From IMG/VR virus record IMGVR_UViG_3300048836_000838, positions 1 through 60,508 of that record: 60,508 nucleotides of DNA. The stretch is one strand, 5' to 3'. Shown piece by piece: positions 54,564 through 60,508 of this stretch. Numbering within the stretch: position 1 is the stretch's first letter; every line of letters starts with the position of its first letter. This DNA is from a virus (Duplodnaviria > Caudoviricetes). Under the pieces are notes generated by a model. It made no database searches, had not been told where the DNA came from, and saw only the letters and a list, made by a program, of their open reading frames with translations. A program made the position numbers and the translations under genes.

Positions 54564-54922
54564 CCCTTCTCCCGCATCTGGAGCTCATAAAGGAGCCCAG
54601 CAGAATTCTTGCCTGACTTCACTTCCCAGTCTTTCCCGTCCCAGGCAATAACAGCACCGACTGGCGGCATGACGGACACTGTGGTCGCGTCAACGAAAAT
54701 TGGAACGTCGCCAGCCTGGATGCCGTTCTGCTGCTGAAACGTACTATAGTTTGATCGGATAGCAGTGAATGTTTCGGTTTCGGTTGTTTCCGTGCTTTTG
54801 CCGAGGATCGGGTCATAAACAGAGCCCGTCACCTTCGTCCACACACACGCGATAACTGTGCCAGGGACAAGACTTGCAACAATACCGAACGCGCTTGAAA
54901 CTGTGCTAGAAAGATCTGCCAC
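54560..54922 (-). CDS. Head closure-like protein
   Basis: GTG start with an AAGGAGG RBS; GSVYDP, IQAGD and YELQMR. Confidence 0.65.
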   Translation of the reverse strand: MADLSSTVSSAFGIVASLVPGTVIACVWTKVTGSVYDPILGKSTETTETETFTAIRSNYSTFQQQNGIQAGDVPIFVDATTVSVMPPVGAVIAWDGKDWEVKSGKNSAGLLYELQMREKG

Positions 54923-55379
54923 CCTCGCCTCCTTGGGAATGGGTAATTGCGTACCTAACACCGATCGGACATTCTGCTCTATTCGCTGCCCAGTACTCCT
55001 CACTGTACGTCGTAGCTGAAACAGCATACATGAACTTGGCACTTGATATGTATCGCGGCATCATGCTGTACCATGTGCTGTGGTGCCAAATCCAGAGAAT
55101 CAAGTTCTGGGCAAAGATACCATCAGCAATTATTTCGTCTTCTTCACAACAGCAACGCTCGTACATATGATCATGAATGTAGCAGAGATACGAAATCCTA
55201 AGGCCTAAAATTGACTGCGGAATTGCTTTCGAAAGACCGCGCGGGCCGCATCCATTATAGTAGAACGACAGCTCATCATGCGGAATAGCCAAGAAGGAGC
55301 GGGGTGCCCACAGCAGACAATTACTCTCCGAATGGCGGAAGAGGATGATGTCGTCAACTGGGTGTCCTGGAAACGGCAT
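54906..55379 (-). CDS. Phospholipase A2-like fold protein
   Basis: YNGCGP...CYIHDHMY...AD..F..NL, matching the PLA2-type C-x-x-H-D-x-x-Y pattern. Confidence 0.55.
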   Translation of the reverse strand: MPFPGHPVDDIILFRHSESNCLLWAPRSFLAIPHDELSFYYNGCGPRGLSKAIPQSILGLRISYLCYIHDHMYERCCCEEDEIIADGIFAQNLILWIWHHSTWYSMMPRYISSAKFMYAVSATTYSEEYWAANRAECPIGVRYAITHSQGGEGGRSF

Positions 55380-55386
55380 GCCTTCA

Positions 55387-55605
55387 CTACTCCTGGTACT
55401 TCTTTCGTTTAATCGCCGCCTCAATCGTGATTAGGCTTTTCATATCTTCAAATGCTTCTGTAGCGATGCCCGGGGCTGGAGCGTATTTCGCAAACATGTC
55501 GTCGAGTATCAAAATCTGTCGGGGTGTGACCCACTATGACATGCCGGCCATATAAGCGTCAAATGGGTTGATCTTCCCCCGAGTATGGTATGGTTGATCA
55601 CTCAT
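55387..55605 (-). pseudogene. Small ORF interrupted by an in-frame TAG
   Basis: The ATG overlaps the upstream stop. TAG at 55534-55536, after which the frame stays open for 48 more codons. Confidence 0.35.
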
Positions 55606-55760
55606 CCCTTCGGCACCATCACACCGGCAACTGCGCCGACGCATGTTCCTGTGTGAACAGGCGCTGTACCGATGTACGCGCAAATCGACATCTCGGCGAC
55701 TGCTACGAGCAGCAGACCGATGATTGCGATACTGATGTTCTCTTGGCAAAGCCCTGTCAT
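55602..55760 (-). CDS. Small hydrophobic protein, holin candidate
   Basis: 52 aa with two hydrophobic stretches; ATGA overlap with the endolysin stop. Confidence 0.5.
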   Translation of the reverse strand: MTGLCQENISIAIIGLLLVAVAEMSICAYIGTAPVHTGTCVGAVAGVMVPKG

Positions 55761-56305
55761 ATGACCTCCATCAAGCTCCGCACACGATTGATCCATCCGT
55801 CTAAGTACTTCCGTGCTACTTTGCCTTGCTTGCCGCGAAATCCGTAATCAGCAAGTCGTAATGCACAAATGGTAAATGCAAGCGCACCAGCATCGGCGCG
55901 TTTAACTGCTTCGAGGGTCTGGCCCCCGATGACACCGTCCACAACAACATACCGGGAACGCGCAAGGCGGCAGAGCGCTTCCTGAAGCAGTTCGACGCCC
56001 CCCAGAACATCATCGCCCTTGCGGCCTGTGCCCATGTTGATAACCGCGTCAACCGTTGCCTCTCGAACACGCTCAGGCAAGGAGTTCCAAAGCGGCATGT
56101 ACTTCTCATAGTAAAACTCTGAAACAGCTTCCTCAAAACCAGGACCAGAAGTGATCCCACGATCAACAAACTGCCAGACGCGTGCATGCGGGTTGTGCTT
56201 TCGAGCGATGCCCCATGCAGTTTGACCCCCGGGGTCTTCCGGATCATGATGGGCTTTCCGCCCTTCGTGATCCATTAACCAAGAAAAAAATTGTTCCCAG
56301 GTCAT
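55757..56305 (-). CDS. Endolysin, glycoside hydrolase family 108
   Basis: HEG...DPEDPGGQTAWGI, DAVINMG, LLQ, VDGVIGGQT and GWINRV. Confidence 0.9.
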   Translation of the reverse strand: MTWEQFFSWLMDHEGRKAHHDPEDPGGQTAWGIARKHNPHARVWQFVDRGITSGPGFEEAVSEFYYEKYMPLWNSLPERVREATVDAVINMGTGRKGDDVLGGVELLQEALCRLARSRYVVVDGVIGGQTLEAVKRADAGALAFTICALRLADYGFRGKQGKVARKYLDGWINRVRSLMEVI

Positions 56306-56308
56306 TGC

Positions 56309-56701
56309 TCACCCCTTTAGTCCGTTCTTCACGCCGCCCTGGCCGTTGTTCATGTTGGCAACCATCATCAGTATGCGGTCCATCTTGTCGTCCTGCCTGC
56401 GCATCCACTCGAGGGTCTCGCGCTGGTAGGTCCCACTGCGATCATAGCACTCTCTGCGGCACGCAGAGCAGTCCGCCTTGATCACGGCCTGGCTCTGCAG
56501 ATCGGCCTGCTTCTGGTACAGCGTGTCAATCTTGGCAGACAGGATCTGGATGTCCCCGGAAATTTCACTTATCTTTGCGTCCATGGTGGCTATGTTTCTC
56601 CCGATGCTCCACTTTAAGATCCCGAAAGCCCCGAGGGCCGTGGCGCCTCCTATTGACACCCCCATCGTGACCACTTGAAACAGGCTGATGCTCATTTCCA
56701 C
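56309..56701 (-). CDS. Membrane-anchored coiled-coil protein (lysis-associated, holin-like)
   Basis: N-terminal hydrophobic helix, coiled coil and CSAC...C; directly upstream of the endolysin. Confidence 0.55.
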   Translation of the reverse strand: MEMSISLFQVVTMGVSIGGATALGAFGILKWSIGRNIATMDAKISEISGDIQILSAKIDTLYQKQADLQSQAVIKADCSACRRECYDRSGTYQRETLEWMRRQDDKMDRILMMVANMNNGQGGVKNGLKG

Positions 56702-56743
56702 ATGTTACTCCTTATCGCCCGCCAGATTCGCGCCCCACGTTCA

Positions 56744-59413
56744 TCACTGCACCCTCAACACACTGTCCCCCACGCGCAGGAGGTGCGAGCCTGTGCGCAG
56801 GATGGGGCCGGAGGTTGCGGGGGCTTCTGGGTCTGGTGCTGGTTCTTCGGGGTCGGGCGTGCCTGGATCGCCGGGGTCAACCGGGATACCGCCGCTTTCA
56901 TCCGTCCACGCAAGCAAATATTGCCCGTCTGTCTCAAGCACTGTTCGCGTGCCCTCAAGCGGTTCGCCTTCGTTGCCCTGAGAATCCACAGGGGTAATGA
57001 GGTACTGCGTTGACCCATCCGAAGCGCCAAGCCAATCCAGATATTCTTTTTCGGCTGTCGCCGGGATGGACGCGATACGCATTGCCTGTGTTGCGATTGG
57101 TGTCTCTCCGTCTGCTGCATAAACATTGTAGTAACGTGTGATTTCAGGTTGAAATGTCGTGCAAAAATTACTCTTTCCTTTCGGGTCGGCAGGATACGCG
57201 GCGGTCTGTGTTCCTGCGCTGGAATACACGTTGGAGAGCGCGCGTGATTCAAGGCCAGACCACTCAACACTTGTCACGGCGTAATGCCATGTGCCAGCGT
57301 CGGGGGTATCTGAGATTTCCCAGTATGGTGCTCCGGTCCAGTCACCAGTTGCAAAATCGTACCGCTCAAAAATTGTTGCGTTTACAGCGGCAACAGGTTC
57401 CCATCCTGTTGATCCATCCGCACTACGCCAAAGCCGAAATTCTTTCGTCTCGCGGGGTGGAGGCGGGTTGTCCGTGTCTTCATCAGGCCATCCGCGATGC
57501 GTATATCCACGGGGGTTGGCTTGATCTAAGCGCCAATCAAAGCGAATTGTGTTTGTTCCTGCGTTTGACGTGACCTGTGTGATTTCAGGGGGATGAGGAT
57601 ACGCAGCGACGGCGTATGAAATACTTGCAAAGGAGCCGTCATTAGCAGGCGTTGAGTCTTCGTAGTACCCGGAGTTGAACATGATTGTGGTGAACGCAAC
57701 CTTTGTCCCGTCTGGTGACTGCGACGGCCTTGGTAATGATGTGTAATCAACAGCATGTGCTATGTGATATGTGTCGCCGGGCAACCACGAGTCAGATAAT
57801 CCCCACGTTGCTGACGTAGCATTATTTGATGTTATTGCGCTTTGTTGCTTGGTTCGCATGTTGCGCAACATTTTGCCGACGAGCGCATTTTCAGTCCAAT
57901 TCCTGTTTGCATCGACAATGGTTGTCGCGGATGTAAGCGTATTTTCTCCGAACAAATCTTTTGCAACATCTACAATTTCATCTGGCGCACGATAATTATC
58001 TTTACCAACAACGCCTGTTTTTTTATAGTTGTTTCCAATAATTAAGTTTGTCACCCCAAAAGTGCCTACTGGGTAATCTGTCCATCCTGTCCAACTATTA
58101 TGCCCTACAATATAATCTTTGTGCGCTAAATAATTACTGTTTGTTGCGTTAAACCATTCTGGGTTTGCAAGGTTGTTGTGTAAATCCAGAATTACATGCC
58201 CAGGGCAACCGTTTTCACCTGTTCTTATGTATGTTGTAGGGTCGGTTGCAGGATAAATTTCATCATTACAATCATGTGACGAGTCTCCGAGAACATAATG
58301 TCCCCACCTGTCGAATGATGGATGCCCCATATATCCGTTGTCATAGTCATTGTGTGGCAGGTTGTTCACCGATGCGGCGTTGTCAGACCATGCCCTTATC
58401 TGGTCGTCGCCATAACTATCGCCGTCCCAATCAGACCACACCGGCCCGCCATCTGCTGCCGTGCCGTTTAGCGCCATTGCAAAATATCCCTGTATTGTGC
58501 CGCATGATCCGAAATCAGTGTAATGCGCGAAAAACAACGGTGTGTCGCCGTTTATTAAAGCAGAAGACGATGATCTAAACCCAATTTCACACTCAGGACT
58601 TAAATTAAACTGCGGGTCTTCTGTCGGGCCAATTCCCCTGTACGCACCCCATTCATTCACAACTGTTTTTTCATTGAGATCAACAAAATATAGCTTTGTA
58701 CAGTTTACAGGATATGCGCCGTCCCAATCAGATCTTTCGCCTGATTGTAAAACAATCATGCCGTCATCTGCCGTAATCGGGTCTTTAATTGTTGAATAAA
58801 GTCTTTCGTTCCCGGTATCAACAGTATTCATAAACACTGTTTTTGTGCATGTATTTTCGCTGTCAACGACAATTTTCAATAATGCGCCAGGGAAGTCTGC
58901 ATTTCCAAATATTCCGTCGGACGGATATATGTACGCGCTCCGCTCTGTGTGGAGCCAGTTTGCAAACTCAACGCTTGTACCTGATCCGGTTGCAATACGG
59001 AGTTTTGACCCGTCAGCAGACATGTGCCAGCGCCCATTACTAATCACATCTTTCTGCTGATTTACCGGGACACGGTAGTTTGAAATGGAGCGAAAAGCTA
59101 ATGTCCCACCATCTCCTGACCATGCTTGCGTCGAATACTCCTTTGAATATGCGTCCATCGACATAGGCTTATACGTCATCCTCCAAACTTCAGCCCCGGT
59201 TGAATTATCTGTATAGCAAAGCGTTTCCGGTTGCCAAAAATAGGGCGAAACATCAGATTCATTTGGGCTAAATGTTGCTGTGGCGTATCTTTGCTTTCTC
59301 GCCATCACTTCGTTAAGCCCGTGAACAGTCCTCGCATCTTGCACGGCAACTGCACTCTGGGGGATGATAAGCGCGGCTATGATGTACGCGAGAATTAAAT
59401 ATTTAGGTATCAT
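56744..59413 (-). CDS. Large signal-peptide-bearing beta-propeller/Fn3-like protein
   Basis: Signal-like MIPKYLILAYIIAALIIPQSAVA. Blade-like motifs DNSTGAEVWRMT, QAWSGDG, GHPSFD and PSQSPDGTKVAF. Fn3-like YAVTSVEWSGLES. Confidence 0.7.
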   Translation of the reverse strand: MIPKYLILAYIIAALIIPQSAVAVQDARTVHGLNEVMARKQRYATATFSPNESDVSPYFWQPETLCYTDNSTGAEVWRMTYKPMSMDAYSKEYSTQAWSGDGGTLAFRSISNYRVPVNQQKDVISNGRWHMSADGSKLRIATGSGTSVEFANWLHTERSAYIYPSDGIFGNADFPGALLKIVVDSENTCTKTVFMNTVDTGNERLYSTIKDPITADDGMIVLQSGERSDWDGAYPVNCTKLYFVDLNEKTVVNEWGAYRGIGPTEDPQFNLSPECEIGFRSSSSALINGDTPLFFAHYTDFGSCGTIQGYFAMALNGTAADGGPVWSDWDGDSYGDDQIRAWSDNAASVNNLPHNDYDNGYMGHPSFDRWGHYVLGDSSHDCNDEIYPATDPTTYIRTGENGCPGHVILDLHNNLANPEWFNATNSNYLAHKDYIVGHNSWTGWTDYPVGTFGVTNLIIGNNYKKTGVVGKDNYRAPDEIVDVAKDLFGENTLTSATTIVDANRNWTENALVGKMLRNMRTKQQSAITSNNATSATWGLSDSWLPGDTYHIAHAVDYTSLPRPSQSPDGTKVAFTTIMFNSGYYEDSTPANDGSFASISYAVAAYPHPPEITQVTSNAGTNTIRFDWRLDQANPRGYTHRGWPDEDTDNPPPPRETKEFRLWRSADGSTGWEPVAAVNATIFERYDFATGDWTGAPYWEISDTPDAGTWHYAVTSVEWSGLESRALSNVYSSAGTQTAAYPADPKGKSNFCTTFQPEITRYYNVYAADGETPIATQAMRIASIPATAEKEYLDWLGASDGSTQYLITPVDSQGNEGEPLEGTRTVLETDGQYLLAWTDESGGIPVDPGDPGTPDPEEPAPDPEAPATSGPILRTGSHLLRVGDSVLRVQ

Positions 59414-60508
59414 AATCCATTAGCCTTAAAATCATCTGCGTAAGCCGCTGCGCCACTGAATGACAACCCACAATAGTTCCCTTCGCTGTAATTTGTTTTT
59501 GTTACAGTTGCCATGTCTGATTCATTCGTGTCTTCAAAATCGCCGTCATCATTCCAATCAACTTTAACTGTTATCGTTGTTCCAACTATAGACGCATACA
59601 TAAGATGCCCAATGCCGCTCCCCCAAGTTTTTCCACCAGTAAAATTAATAATAGATAAATTCGATAATGTGCTTCCAGAAAACGTACCTACTGACATGCG
59701 GTCACTAAACGCCCCAGAAGGGTAAACATAATATCCTTCTGCCCCGTTTGTGCGCAATACTACACCAGAGGTAGCAGCCCCAGATTTAAACGAATAGACT
59801 TGAGCTTCTTGATCTGCGCTAGCTAGGCTTTCCTCATGATATACACTTCCGATTCCGCCAGCGTCGAAAACGCCGCCTACTACAGAAAAAGTACCTGCTA
59901 TAGCCGTGTAATCAGCGGACGAGTCGGAACTAAAATCATCATCAATCGCCCATTCTGATGCACTCGCCGCAGTCGTCACCACAAACGCATCACTCACGCC
60001 CCCAATCACCACCGTAGCATTGACCGCCGTGCCATCACTCGCGCTCGACGTGACAACCGCCCTAACCGAGTCACCACTTGCAACTGTGCCGTTCGTGCTC
60101 ACTGCCGTGGCGTTGTTGACGGAGTATTTCGCGCTTGCGTCACCAGACACGCTGATCGCGGCAGGCCAGTTGATACCGGACACCGTGATGGGGTCGGAGG
60201 TGTAGGGCGTGGAGATTGTGGCATTGGTCACGTCCGTGAAGCTGAAGGCTTCCGGGGTTGTGTCCCATTCAACGAGGCTGGTGGCGTTGAACTCGTAGAC
60301 GCCGAGAGCACCCGCGACTTTCAACTGGTTCGTGGCGTTGTTCCACCAGATTTGACCTAACTCAGGGGATGGGGGGTCGGTTGCTTGGAAAAATGAGATT
60401 GTGGGCAGACGGTCAACGTCTATCACCCCGTCCGTCATCACCTGTACTTTCGTCGCCGCACTCGCAGACCCGGCAATGAGCAGGGCCAGAAGCAAAAATA
60501 TGAGTCGT
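59410..60508 (-). CDS. Signal-peptide-bearing fibre-like protein (true start is the ATG at position 132 across the circular join; 367 aa)
   Basis: MKRLIFLLLALLIAGSASA read from 132 downward. Contains PPSPELGQIWWN, an Ig-like DTTPEAFSFTD domain and a beta-sandwich C-terminus. Confidence 0.75.
   Translation of the reverse strand, partial: RLIFLLLALLIAGSASAATKVQVMTDGVIDVDRLPTISFFQATDPPSPELGQIWWNNATNQLKVAGALGVYEFNATSLVEWDTTPEAFSFTDVTNATISTPYTSDPITVSGINWPAAISVSGDASAKYSVNNATAVSTNGTVASGDSVRAVVTSSASDGTAVNATVVIGGVSDAFVVTTAASASEWAIDDDFSSDSSADYTAIAGTFSVVGGVFDAGGIGSVYHEESLASADQEAQVYSFKSGAATSGVVLRTNGAEGYYVYPSGAFSDRMSVGTFSGSTLSNLSIINFTGGKTWGSGIGHLMYASIVGTTITVKVDWNDDGDFEDTNESDMATVTKTNYSEGNYCGLSFSGAAAYADDFKANGL
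60382..60508. repeat. Terminal direct repeat, copy 2
   Basis: Identical to bases 1-127. Confidence 0.95.

Overview
The window is an apparently complete, circularly assembled tailed dsDNA phage genome of about 60,381 bp: bases 1-127 are repeated exactly at 60382-60508 and one gene runs across the join. It has two divergent arms. The minus-strand morphogenesis arm runs from 12033 down through the join to about 41915. It carries TerS, TerL, portal, a long MuF protein with extra C-terminal domains, scaffold, capsid and adaptor, then two signal-peptide-bearing proteins, a lysis cassette, neck and tail completion genes, tail tube, a frameshifted chaperone, tape measure, tail tip and fibre. No sheath gene was recognised, so it is siphovirus-like. 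The plus-strand arm (12314-41913) holds early genes, an SNF2 helicase, a sigma-like factor, primase, an initiator-like protein with an internal repeat array and a DnaB-like helicase. It continues with a full 7-deazaguanine DNA-modification set (queD, queE, queC, folE, queF, dpdA, predicting dPreQ1), a sliding clamp, a split family A polymerase with a degenerate UDG domain, clamp loader, UvsY/SSB/RecA-like genes, a split Rad50 around Mre11, dNMP kinase and thyX. The most notable observations are: the modification cluster with three embedded unknown genes; exported-looking fibre-like proteins in the virion operon; a c4-like antisense RNA with matching downstream targets ahead of the initiator gene; a MuF with ART-like and DUF3626-like domains; and two recurring promoter motifs. 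No integrase, tRNA or CRISPR array was recognised. All family assignments come from motif recognition by eye, not from database searches.
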